This document shows, one piece after another, positions 1-9,803 of a stretch of 64,000 bases of DNA (position 1 is its first letter; every line of letters starts with the position of its first letter). The DNA lies in assembly GCA_963741515.1 (NCBI GenBank), contig CAVUIA010000009.1, positions 32,287 through 96,286 on the forward strand, in the 5' to 3' direction. A program made the position numbers and the translations under genes. The notes below the pieces were generated by a model, which ran no database searches, was not told the origin of the DNA, and worked only from the letters and a program-made list of their open reading frames with translations. The stretch is from an uncultured bacterium (GTDB lineage: Bacteria > Desulfobacterota > Deferrimicrobia > Deferrimicrobiales > Deferrimicrobiaceae).

Positions 1-246
1 GTCGCCGCGGGGGCGGTCGGCCGGTACGGCCTGTCCGCGGCCGAGCGGTTCCTGTCGTGGGAAACGTTCCCCGGGGCGCTGGCGCGGTTCACGGCAGGCG
101 CGGCCCTGGTCGGAGCGGTCTATTTCCTCGCCGCCTTCCTCCTGGGATGCCGCACAGTGCGGATGATCCACGGCAGGAAAGACCTGCTCCATCCGCCGTC
201 GGCCGATCCGGGCGCCGCCGGTCCGGGCCCGGAGCCTCCGCAATGA
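1..246 (+). CDS. 3' end of a membrane protein (partial; possibly flippase/MurJ-like C-terminus)
   Basis: Frame 1 is open from the window edge (VAAGAVGRYG...LVGAVYFLAAFLLG...) to TGA 244-246, overlapping the next ATG; hydrophobic helices. Confidence 0.5.
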   Translation, partial: VAAGAVGRYGLSAAERFLSWETFPGALARFTAGAALVGAVYFLAAFLLGCRTVRMIHGRKDLLHPPSADPGAAGPGPEPPQ

Positions 247-1130
247 TCACGCGGCTCACGGACAGGATCTGGATCGTCAAGGGCGGGAAAAACGGCCGCT
301 ACCCGTATTCCCACTCCCTCTATATCCGGGACGGCGGCGGGGTCCTGGTCGACGCCGGCTCGGACCCGGCGGAGATCGAGCGGCTGCGGGACGCGGAGGG
401 GATCTCCACGGTGGTGATGACCCATTACCACGAGGACCACTTCGCGTACCTTTCCCTGCTCCCGGACGCGGAAGTGTGGGCCTCCGCGGCCGACGCCCCG
501 GCCCTCGAATCGCTCGACACCCTGCTCGCCTTCCAGGCGGCGCTGGGAAACGAGTGGGAAACGCCGTACCGGAAGCTTCTATCGGAGAAGTTCCCCTTCG
601 CCCCCAGGAAGGTCGCCCGCCGGGTGACCGACGAGGAACACCTCCTCTTCGGGAAAACGAGGGCGGTCGCCGTGGTCGCCCCCGGCCACTCGCCGGGCCA
701 CCTGTGCCTCCATTTCCCCAACGAGGGGATCCTCTTCCTCGGGGACTACGACCTGACGGCGTTCGGCCCGTGGTACGGGGACGCGCCGTGCGGCATCGAG
801 GCTTTCCGCCGCTCCGCCCGCCGCCTGGCGGGGATCGGGGCGGATACGTGCGTGGTCTCCCACGAGGGGCCGGTCCACCGCGGACCGATCACGGGAAAGG
901 TGGAGGAGTACCTGGCGGCGATCGATCGGAGGGAAGACGCGTTGCGCGAGTTCCTCCGGGAGCCGAGGACGCGGGAGGAGATCATCGCCCGGCGGCTGAT
1001 CTACGGGCGGGAGAACGACTGGTGGTGGCTCGACTACGCGGAGTGGTCGCTCCTCTCGAAGCACCTCGAGGGGATGATCCTCCGCGGGGAGGCGGCCTGC
1101 GCGGACGGGTCCTTCCGGGCGGTCTCTTAA
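243..1130 (+). CDS. MBL-fold metallo-hydrolase
   Basis: LVDAG, THYHEDH, PGHSPGH, GD and SH metal-binding motifs; ATG 243 coupled to the upstream stop. Confidence 0.85.
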   Translation: MITRLTDRIWIVKGGKNGRYPYSHSLYIRDGGGVLVDAGSDPAEIERLRDAEGISTVVMTHYHEDHFAYLSLLPDAEVWASAADAPALESLDTLLAFQAALGNEWETPYRKLLSEKFPFAPRKVARRVTDEEHLLFGKTRAVAVVAPGHSPGHLCLHFPNEGILFLGDYDLTAFGPWYGDAPCGIEAFRRSARRLAGIGADTCVVSHEGPVHRGPITGKVEEYLAAIDRREDALREFLREPRTREEIIARRLIYGRENDWWWLDYAEWSLLSKHLEGMILRGEAACADGSFRAVS

Positions 1131-1134
1131 GGGA

Positions 1135-3156
1135 TCACGCGCGGTCGTAGTGCGAGAACTTCATCGTGTAGTTGCCCCGCCCCTGCGACAGCGACCGCAG
1201 CGCCGTCACGTACCCGAACATCTCCTTCAGCGGGACCGTCGCCGAGAGCAGGCTCGTGTCGAACCGGCGGTCGACCGAGGTGACCCTCCCGCGGCGGGCA
1301 TTGACGTCCCCGATGACGCCGCCCAGGAACTCCTCCGGGACGGAGATCTCGACCTCCATCAGCGGCTCCAGCAGGAACGGCTTCCCCTTCTCGTACGCCT
1401 CCTGGAACGCCTTCGCGGCCGCCACCTTCGCGACCATCTGGGAGGCGACGCCCGACTGGAAGGACATCCCGGTCAGGTCGATCGTGACGTCGTCCACGGG
1501 GTATCCGAGGGCGCCGAAGAACGCCCCCTCCCGCAAGCCCATCTCCACCCCGTCGGCCACGTCCTGCCCGAGGCTCAGCATGCGGTACCCGTCGAGGATC
1601 CGCACCCCGGAACCCCGCGGCGCGGGGGCGATGGAGACCGTGGTGGCCACCTTCACCGGCCGCTCGTTGATCTCCCGCTCGAAGAGGCTCTCCACGCTCG
1701 CCGCCGCGGTCAGCGTCTCCCGGTAGACCACCTCGGGGTTCCCCTTGCGGACCGTCATCCCGTACTCCCGCGCCAGCCGGTCGAGAACGACGTCGAGGTG
1801 GAGCTCCCCCATCCCCGAAAGGAGGATCTGCCCGGTGTCCGCGTCCTCGCGGAACGACAGGGTCGGGTCCTCGTCCGTCATCGCGGCGAGGAGCTCCTTC
1901 AGCCGGTCCATCTCCCGGACGGTCCTCGGCTCGACGACCACCGACACGACGGGCTTGCGGATCTCGATCGACTCGAAGACGATCGGCGCCGCCGGGTCGC
2001 ACAGCGTGTCCCCCGTCTTCGCCCTCTTGATCCCCCGGGCGCCCACGATGTCGCCCGCGCGGGCCTCCTCGACCGGCTCCTTCTTCCCCCCGTGCACCCG
2101 GAACAGGCGCGCCACCTTCTCCTTCTCGCCGGTGGCCGCGTTGAGGAGCGTCGCACCCTCCCCCGTCTTCCCGGAATAGACCCGCAGGTAGACCGTCCGC
2201 CGGCCGTCCTCCTGCATCACCTTGTACACGAGCGCCGAAAAGGGCGCCGTCGGCACCGGCTCGCGCACCGTGGGCACGCCCGACCGGGGATCGTCGCCCC
2301 GCGCGGGAAGGGCCTCCGCGGGGGACGGCAGGAAATGCACGATCCCGTCCATCGCCGGCTGCACCCCCTGGTTCCGGAGCGCGGAGCCGGCGTAGACGGG
2401 GAAGACCTTCCCCGCCAGCGTTCCCTTCCGGATCCCGGCGCGCAGGAGAGGAAGCGGGACGTCCTCCCCCGCCAGATACTTTTCCGCCGCCGCGTCGTCG
2501 CCGTCCGCCGCCGCCTCCAGCAGCCTCTCCCGGTACTTCGCCACCCGCGACGCCTCGTCGGCCGAAAGGGGCGTCCGCGCGACCGTCGTCCCCTGGTCCT
2601 GCCTGGAGAAGGTCACGCGTTCCATCGACAGCAGGTCGGCCACGCCGGCGAACGCCTCGCCGTCGTACAGCGGCACCGTCACGGGCACGCCCCGGGCGCC
2701 CAGTTTCTTGTCCATGTCGGCGATCACCCGGTCGTAGTCCGCCCCCGGCCGGTCGAGCTTGTTGACGAAGGCCAGCCTCGGGATCCCGTGCCGGGTCGCC
2801 TGCCGCCAGACGACCTCCGACTGCGGCTCCACCCCGCCCACCCCGCAGAAGACGGCGACCGCGCCGTCGAGGACCCGGAGGGACCGCTCCACCTCGATGG
2901 TGAAATCCACGTGCCCCGGCGTGTCGATCAGGTGGACCTCCGCCCCGAGCCAGGAGAAGTGGGTCACGGCGGAAGTGATGGTGATCCCCCGCTCCCGCTC
3001 CTGCGGGAGATAGTCCAGCTGCGTGTCCCCGTCGTGGACCTCGCCCATCCGGTGCGTGACGCCGGCGTAGAAGAGCAGGCGCTCGCTGAAGGTGGTCTTC
3101 CCCGCGTCGATGTGCGCGATGATCCCGATGTTCCGCAGGCGGTCCACGGCAACCAC
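1135..3156 (-). CDS. fusA: Elongation factor G paralog (EF-G2-like)
   Basis: RNIGIIAHIDAGKTT, RGITI, DTPGH, NKLD, SGMGELHL, LRSLSQGRG; not in an str operon; divergent domain IV. Confidence 0.9.
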   Translation of the reverse strand: MVAVDRLRNIGIIAHIDAGKTTFSERLLFYAGVTHRMGEVHDGDTQLDYLPQERERGITITSAVTHFSWLGAEVHLIDTPGHVDFTIEVERSLRVLDGAVAVFCGVGGVEPQSEVVWRQATRHGIPRLAFVNKLDRPGADYDRVIADMDKKLGARGVPVTVPLYDGEAFAGVADLLSMERVTFSRQDQGTTVARTPLSADEASRVAKYRERLLEAAADGDDAAAEKYLAGEDVPLPLLRAGIRKGTLAGKVFPVYAGSALRNQGVQPAMDGIVHFLPSPAEALPARGDDPRSGVPTVREPVPTAPFSALVYKVMQEDGRRTVYLRVYSGKTGEGATLLNAATGEKEKVARLFRVHGGKKEPVEEARAGDIVGARGIKRAKTGDTLCDPAAPIVFESIEIRKPVVSVVVEPRTVREMDRLKELLAAMTDEDPTLSFREDADTGQILLSGMGELHLDVVLDRLAREYGMTVRKGNPEVVYRETLTAAASVESLFEREINERPVKVATTVSIAPAPRGSGVRILDGYRMLSLGQDVADGVEMGLREGAFFGALGYPVDDVTIDLTGMSFQSGVASQMVAKVAAAKAFQEAYEKGKPFLLEPLMEVEISVPEEFLGGVIGDVNARRGRVTSVDRRFDTSLLSATVPLKEMFGYVTALRSLSQGRGNYTMKFSHYDRA

Positions 3157-3157
3157 G

Positions 3158-5477
3158 TCAGAAGTTCCCCCGGTAGAGATTGAAGGTGGAGGTCCCCGGG
3201 ATCGCCCGGTCGTCCAGCAGGGCCGACAGGACCGCCGCGACCTCCTCCGCGGCGAGCCCCTTGAGATCGGCGAAGAAGTCCCGGATCCCCGCCGCGCGCA
3301 TCTCGTGCAGCGACCCGGAAGCGGAGAACGGCTCCGGGGAATAGACCGCCGACCCGTGCTCGTCCGCCGCCACGATGAACCGCTCGCCGCGGGGGCTTTC
3401 CACCTCCCCGCCGCGCACCCCGGAGGCGGGCAGCAGGCGCGAGACCATCAGCGGTATGCGGCCGTAGGCCACCGCGATCCCCAGCCCGTAGAGGAACTTT
3501 CCCACGTCCCGAAGCCCCGCCATGGTGGCCTCCACCGGGAGGATCATCCGGGCCGCGCCCAGGTTCGACAGGGCGGCGAGCGCCGCCGTGTTGAAGGCGT
3601 AGAGGTAGTGATCGCTCACGAGGATCGACTGGCGGCGAAGCGGGGACGGCGCGAAAAAGCGGAAGTGCCCGACGTCCGGCAGGACCCACCGGGTGAGCCC
3701 CTTGCCCACCGCGTCCGTGACGGTCCGGCGGAGGAAAGCGGCGTCCGATTCGAGCAGCGGCGCGGACAGCCGGAAGTACGCCCCCGCCCTCGCGGCCTTG
3801 ATCACCGGGGAGGGGTCCCGCAACAGCGACCGGGTAACCTCTACCACGGGCACGATCTCCGGGACCTTCGGCAGATGCGGAAGCTGGTCGACCCGGCAGC
3901 TGGCGAAGATCACCGTGCCCGGCCCCTCGGGCCGGTTCCCGGAGACCCGCAGCGTGGGAAGGATCTCCAGCCGGAGACGCTTCCCCGCGAGGTGGAACTC
4001 CTTGTCGAAATTCCTGGCCGCCTGGAGGAACAGCGACCGCACGTCGCCCCAGGCGCAGGGCCCCCCGAGGTATTCCAGCCGCACTTCCGCGAGCGGCAGC
4101 TCCCCCTTGTACGCGGCGGTAAGCTGCCGTTCCCCGTCCTTCGGCGCCGACCCCGCGGGAGCCCCTTTCGGGCCGGAAACGCGGTACGAGTAATCCCGCT
4201 CCACGCTCCCGTACGACGCCTTTACCGCCACCTCCCCGGGGGAAACGGAAACGACGAACCGCGCGCCGTCGGGCCGGATCGCTTCCATCTCCCGGCGCGC
4301 GCGCCGCGTGAGCTCTGGACGCCCGCCGCCGGCCGTCCGGAACAGCAGGTCGCCCGGGGAGACGGAGAACGGGACCTTCAGGGAAAGCCCCCCCTCGTCC
4401 GCACGCATGTCGGGGGCGGCGGCGGAGAACCCCCGCCCCGACCCGTCCCCGGCGAACTGGATGCGGAGGCGGTCGCCGGGGGAAGGCGGCGACGCCCCGG
4501 GCACGAAGGCCCACCGGTCCTCGACCCGTTCCACGGTCCCCATGAGGTCGCCCACGTTGCCCGAACCGCCGCCCGCCGCCACCTCGCACAGGCCGGCCCC
4601 GCCGGTCACCCCGGGCGTCGCCGCCCGGCCGATGACCCCCGACAGGATCCGCATCCCCTCCTCGACGCCCTCCGCGGGCTTCCCGGCGCGGATCCCGTCG
4701 AGCGCGGCGCGGTACGCCGACACCACGCCGTGGACGTATTCCGGCCCGCGCATCCGCCCCTCGATCTTCAGGGCGGCGATCCCCAGCGGCACGATCTCCG
4801 GGAGGCGCGGCAGGAGCGACAGGTCCCGGGTGGAGAAGACGCGCGTCGGCCTCCCCTCCGCCGTGCCCGTACAGGCGGCGGCACGGCTGGACGCACTCGC
4901 CGCGGTTCCCGCTCTTCCCGCCGAGGAAGGAGGAGTAGAAGCATTTCCCCGAGTAGGAATAACACAGGGAGCCGTGCGCGAAGATCTCCACCCCGATGGG
5001 GGAGCGCGCCGCGATCCGGGCGACTTCGTCCATCCGCAGATGCCGCTCGAGGATGACCCGGGACGCCCCCATCCGGGCGAACGCCTCGGCGCTTTCCGCG
5101 GAGGCGCAGCCGGCCTGCGTGCTGACGTGAACGGGGATCTTCGGGAAGAATTCATGGAGGATCCGCAGCAGCCCCAGGTCGGCCACGATCAGCGCGTCCG
5201 GCGACAGCGGGGCCACCTGGTGGACCATCCCGATCGCCTCCGGGAGGTCGGCTTCCGTAAGCAGCGTGTTGAACGTGAGGTAGACCCGCACCCCGCGGGC
5301 CTTCGCGTGGGGAAGAATCCGGCACAGGTCGGAAAGCTGGAAGTTCTCCGCCCGCGCCCGCGCATTGAACTTCCCGAGCCCCAGGTAGACCGCGTCCGCG
5401 CCGGCGTCCACCGCCGCGAAGTACGCCTCCGGGAATCCGGCGGGCGCGAGAAGCTCCGGGAAATCGGGTCGCGCCAT
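3158..5477 (-). CDS. U32 peptidase-family protein (RlhA/TrhP-like RNA hydroxylation family), frameshifted near 4850
   Basis: PELLAPAG, GADAVYLG, HVSTQ, EIFAHGSLCYSYSGKC, NRGECVQPCR in one frame; LKIEGRMR in the next; start may extend to 5630. Confidence 0.85.
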
Positions 5478-5831
5478 CCGCGGCAGCGGCCCGCCCCGGG
5501 CCGGCGGCGGCCGTTTCGGGCCTTTCCGCGGCGCCTCAGGCGTCGGCGTCTCCGGCGTCTCCTTTCGGGGTTCCGGCCTCCGGGGACGGTATTTTCGGCG
5601 CGGGTCCTCAGGCCGGGGAGGCGGCTTCACCTCGCCGGGCCCTCTTCGGACGACGGAGGGTTTCCCCCCGGTCTTATCGGATGGGTGCGTCGGTTTTTTA
5701 TCGCGCGGCGTCTTGATCGGATTTTCCTTTTTCCCGTTTTCGTTTGAACAAATATTCTACATCCGTTAGACTGTCCGGAAAATAGCGATTTGAAAAGTGA
5801 ATCGCGCCATACCCCACGCCGGAGGGCATCG

Positions 5832-6380
5832 ATGACCTACATCCCGCTCGCCATCCTCGTCGCCATCGTCGCCTGGTTCGTGGCCGCCTACAACAAGCTC
5901 GTCCGACTCCGCAACCAGATCAAGAACGCGTGGCACCAGATCGACGTGCAGCTCAAGAGGCGCCACGACCTCATCCCCAACCTGGTCGAGGTCGTGAAGG
6001 ATTACATGACCTACGAGCAGGAAACGCTGACGAAGGTCATCGAGGCGCGCGGCGCGGCGGTGGCCGCAAAGGGGCCGGCGGCCCAGGCGAAGGCGGAAAA
6101 CATCCTTACCGAATCGCTCAAGAGCCTCTTCGCCGTCGTCGAGAACTACCCGGACCTCAAGGCGAACCAGAACGTGGCCGCCCTCCAGGAGGAGCTGACC
6201 GGGACCGAGAACAAGATCTCCTTCGCGCGCCAGTTCTTCAACGACTCCGTGATGAGCTACAACAACACGATCCAGGCGATCCCCAGCAACATCGTCGCCT
6301 CCCTGTTCAACTTCGTCCAGGAGACCTACTTCCAGGCGGAGGAGACGGACCGGGCGGTCCCCAAGGCCGACCTCCGGTAA
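5832..6380 (+). CDS. lemA: LemA family protein
   Basis: YNKLV..NAWHQIDVQLKRRHDLIPNLV, ENYPDLKAN; GGAGG RBS. Confidence 0.95.
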   Translation: MTYIPLAILVAIVAWFVAAYNKLVRLRNQIKNAWHQIDVQLKRRHDLIPNLVEVVKDYMTYEQETLTKVIEARGAAVAAKGPAAQAKAENILTESLKSLFAVVENYPDLKANQNVAALQEELTGTENKISFARQFFNDSVMSYNNTIQAIPSNIVASLFNFVQETYFQAEETDRAVPKADLR

Positions 6381-6496
6381 TTCGTGACCGGTATTCCGTC
6401 GGTGACCGCGTCCCGGATATCATCGATGCCGCTCCGCTTCCCGGGGTTTTCCCCGGGTTCTTGCATATCCCTCCGGGATCGTATTGCCCGAATCCT

Positions 6497-6710
6497 CCTG
6501 TGACGCCTGCAGGAATGGCCGCAGCGGTCGCCCCGAGCGCGAGCCCTCCCCTGAGGGGGCGTGTCTTCCGAGCGGAGGCAGGGAGGCCGGGAGCGAGGAA
6601 GACCCGCAGCCGAAGTGAACCATGGATGGTGAACGAGGCGTCCCCGAACGGGGAGGGTCTCGTGCGAGGGCCGCGACCGTTGCGGCTCATCCGCACGCGG
6701 CCATGACAGG
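6497..6710 (+). repeat. Structured branched-hairpin element, copy A (putative ncRNA or MITE/REPIN-like)
   Basis: Nested inverted repeats gccgcagcggtcgc/gcgaccgttgcggc, ccctcccc/ggggaggg, gtcttcc/ggaagac; GGA-loop arms; homologous to 16730-16933 and 16092-16367. Confidence 0.75.
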
Positions 6711-6743
6711 CCGTTGGGCAATGCGGATGCGGAGGGGATCATC

Positions 6744-7862
6744 GTGACGCCACCGGGAAAACCCTGCCCGAAGTGCGGCACCGCGAATCCGCAGGGCGCG
6801 GACTACTGCTACCTGTGCCAGCATCCGCTCGCCCCCGGGACGCCGGGTGCCGGCGCGCAGGCGCTCGTCGGGAACGGCGGCGGGGCGCCCCCCGGGAGCG
6901 CCCCCGGCACGGCCCTGCGCACCGCCCCGATGCTCCTGTTCACCGACGCGGCGCGGCACAACGTCCGGCTGTCGGCTCTCCTCTTCGGGCTGCTCCTCGC
7001 GTTCTTCCTCCTCCTCGGGGCCGTCATCGGCGAAACGCACGGCGACGTCGGGAGGGGCCTCGGCCTCGCCGCGGTCCTGTACGCCATCCTCGCGGGGACC
7101 GCGTATTTCAGCGGCTCCAGCATCGTCCTGTCGCTCCACGACGCGAAGGAGGCCGACCCGGAGCGGCACCGGCAGCTCCTGAACGTGGTCGAGGAAATGA
7201 GGATCGCCGCCGGCCTCCCGATGCCGAAGGTCTACGTGATGGCGTCCGCCGGGATGAACGCCTTCGCCGCGGGGAGGAACCCGACGGAAGCGGGCGTCGC
7301 GGTCACGCAGGGGCTCCTCGACCGGCTCAACCGCGAGGAGCTGCAGGGAGTGATCGCCCACGAGCTGGCGCACGTCAAGGGGCGGGACACCCTCTACTAC
7401 ATCTGCGCCGCCGTGCTCGTCGGCGCCATCGCCCTGCTGGCCGACATGTTCCTGCGGGGGACCTTCCTCGGGTTCGGGCGACGGGCGCGCGTGTCCGGCG
7501 GTTCCCGCGGGGGCGACGGGCGCGGCAACGCGGCGTACCTCATCCTGGGGATCGTCCTCGCCCTGCTCGCGCCGCTGGCGGCGAAGATCCTGCAGATGAG
7601 CATCTCGCGGCAGCGGGAGTACCACGCCGACGCCGCCGCCGCGGGATTCACGCGCAACCCGCTGGGGCTCGCCTCCGCCCTCTCGAAGATCGCCGCGGGA
7701 GGGGGGCAGGTCCCGGGGGAGAACCGGGGGACGCAGCACCTGTTCATCGTCAACCCGTTACGGGACTTCGGGCCGGACGCCTCGGCCCTGATGTCGACGC
7801 ACCCCCCCACGGAACACCGCATCCGGCGGCTGCGCGCCATGGCCGGATTCGCCGAGTTATGA
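6744..7862 (+). CDS. htpX: HtpX-like M48 zinc metalloprotease with N-terminal zinc ribbon
   Basis: CPKC..CYLC ribbon, NAFAAG, HELAH, SRQREYHADA, STHPP; follows lemA. Confidence 0.9.
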   Translation: MTPPGKPCPKCGTANPQGADYCYLCQHPLAPGTPGAGAQALVGNGGGAPPGSAPGTALRTAPMLLFTDAARHNVRLSALLFGLLLAFFLLLGAVIGETHGDVGRGLGLAAVLYAILAGTAYFSGSSIVLSLHDAKEADPERHRQLLNVVEEMRIAAGLPMPKVYVMASAGMNAFAAGRNPTEAGVAVTQGLLDRLNREELQGVIAHELAHVKGRDTLYYICAAVLVGAIALLADMFLRGTFLGFGRRARVSGGSRGGDGRGNAAYLILGIVLALLAPLAAKILQMSISRQREYHADAAAAGFTRNPLGLASALSKIAAGGGQVPGENRGTQHLFIVNPLRDFGPDASALMSTHPPTEHRIRRLRAMAGFAEL

Positions 7863-7898
7863 TAAAAGGATAGCCATCAAACGCGGAGGGCGTCATCC

Positions 7899-8379
7899 AT
7901 GCAATTCACCGATGAGGCGTTGAAGTACCTGAACCTTGGGATCTCGGGAGAGATCGCCGCGTACGTCTTCTACAAGAAAGCGGCCGTTATCCTGAAGGAC
8001 AAGGCGCTGCAGGAAGCGGTCCTGAAGATCGCCGCCGAGGAAAAGAACCACTTCCTGTCGCTCGAAGACGTCTACGACCGCAACGTCCGGTCCGAAATGT
8101 GGGCCCCGTACAAGGACATCCTGAACAAGCCGGGGCTGCCGGACATCGACGAGCTGGTCCAGGACACGCACAAGGATCTGCTCGCGAAGATCGCGGGGAT
8201 CTCCACGAAGCGGGACGTGCTCGAGATGGGGCTGTCGCTCGAGAAGGAAGCGGTCGCGCTGTACGGCGAGCGCCTCCGCGAAATCGAGCCACCCGGAAGT
8301 GAAGAAGGTGTTCGAGTTCCTGATCGGCATCGAGACCAGCCACGTCCAGATGTTCGAGAAGCAGCTGGCGGCGCTGTAA
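7899..8379 (+). CDS. Ferritin-like/rubrerythrin-family diiron protein, frameshifted near 8280
   Basis: EIAAYVFY, EEKNH, EKEAVALY, then ETSH in the shifted frame ending KQLAAL*. Confidence 0.75.
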
Positions 8380-8389
8380 GGGAAGGAAA

Positions 8390-8420
8390 CGGGGCGTCCC
8401 GGAAGATCCGGGGCGCCCCG
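8390..8420. terminator. GC-rich hairpin between convergent genes
   Basis: cggggcgtcccgga-aga-tccggggcgccccg. Confidence 0.5.
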
Positions 8421-8449
8421 CCGCGAAGCTCGAATCTTACGGAAGAACC

Positions 8450-9727
8450 CTAAAACGCGTAGCTGACGTCCAGTCCCGCCAGCCAGGCGTCTCCCGACCA
8501 CGTGCCGTTGAAGCCCGACAGCCCTGCCTGGTTGTTGACGGTGCGGTCCTGCTTGTCGATATACATGAACGCCCCGTCGATCGTCCACGGCCCGATCTTG
8601 TATCCCGCGCCGATCATGTAGTTCATCCGGTTCGAGTCGGGGAGCTCCGGGCCCATCGTTTCCGCGGGGACCGGGGTCGGGTCGTACACGATCCCGATGC
8701 GCAGCGCCAACGGGTCGGTCACCTGATACTGGGCGCCGAACCGGAGCGCGCAGACGTCCCTCCAATTCTTCGCCGCGTCCGTGTCGAACAGCGTGTTCTC
8801 TTCGCCCGACGACGCGATGTCGATCGGGAGGCTCGAGTAGCTGGACCAGAACGTCCAGTCCGCGTCCGCCTCGACCGTCAGCTTGCCCGCCGTGTACGCC
8901 ACGCCGAGGGCGAAGGTTGCGGGCATCCTCACGGTGGCCGATCCCTTCGTGTCGGAGGGGGCGTTCCCCAGCGCCGGAACGACGCCGTATAGCGCGCTCG
9001 TGTTGGTGATCGAGACGTCGCCGTCCTTGATGTCGAGCTCGAACCCGCTGCGGTAGTTTGCGCCGATCCGCAGGTTCTTCGTGGGCTTCAGGAGGATACC
9101 GAAGTTGTAGCCCCACGCGTCGCCGTCGCCGTCCAGCTCGAGGTTGTAGAGGTTACCCGCGCCCGGGAAATAGGGGGTCTTCCCGAGCTTCGCCGTGCCG
9201 TACATGTAGTCGATGCCGAAGCCGACGGAAAGCATCTCGTCGATCTCGAAGGCGACCGTCGGGTTGATCACGAACGTCCTCAGGTCGATCTTGGTGGCCT
9301 GGTTGCGGAAGATGCTGTCGCTCCAGCTGACGTACTGCTGCCCCAGCCCGAACGGCGTGAACATGCCGATGCCCCAGGAGATCCCGTTGCCGAGCGACGA
9401 GGTATAGTACGCGTTGGGAATTGCGAAGTGCAGGGTTTTCTGCGTTTCGGACGCCTGAGCCCCGCCCGTGAGCGGCGTGGTCCCTTCGAACTTCGCCCCG
9501 TCCTCATGAACGTAGGTCATGCCGAACATCACGTTCTGTCCCTTCAACTGCGTGATGCCCGCCGGGTTGAAGTAGATCGCGGACGGGTCGTCCGCCTGGG
9601 CGGTGAAGGCGAACCCCATGCCCATCGCCTTGACTCCCGCCTCCGGCAGGCGGAAACCCGCGGCCAACGCCGTGCTGGCCGTCAACATCAAGATCAGAAA
9701 CACCGGTAAGGCTTTACCCCACTTCAT
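8450..9727 (-). CDS. fadL: OmpP1/FadL family outer-membrane transporter
   Basis: Signal peptide, AGF.L.E.G..AMGMG.A..AQADDPSAIYFNPAG, C-terminal YAF. Confidence 0.9.
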   Translation of the reverse strand: MKWGKALPVFLILMLTASTALAAGFRLPEAGVKAMGMGFAFTAQADDPSAIYFNPAGITQLKGQNVMFGMTYVHEDGAKFEGTTPLTGGAQASETQKTLHFAIPNAYYTSSLGNGISWGIGMFTPFGLGQQYVSWSDSIFRNQATKIDLRTFVINPTVAFEIDEMLSVGFGIDYMYGTAKLGKTPYFPGAGNLYNLELDGDGDAWGYNFGILLKPTKNLRIGANYRSGFELDIKDGDVSITNTSALYGVVPALGNAPSDTKGSATVRMPATFALGVAYTAGKLTVEADADWTFWSSYSSLPIDIASSGEENTLFDTDAAKNWRDVCALRFGAQYQVTDPLALRIGIVYDPTPVPAETMGPELPDSNRMNYMIGAGYKIGPWTIDGAFMYIDKQDRTVNNQAGLSGFNGTWSGDAWLAGLDVSYAF

Positions 9728-9803
9728 GCGTCCCCTCCTTGGCAAGGCAGAAGTATGCCCCCGCGAATGGTTGTGTGGGCATAAGATAACGGATCGGAAA
9801 CGC

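Noticed and set aside
5478-5750. Basic Pro/Arg/Lys-rich N-terminal extension of the U32 protein with a possible non-canonical start
   Set aside because: The frame is open but the start cannot be determined and no homology is recognisable
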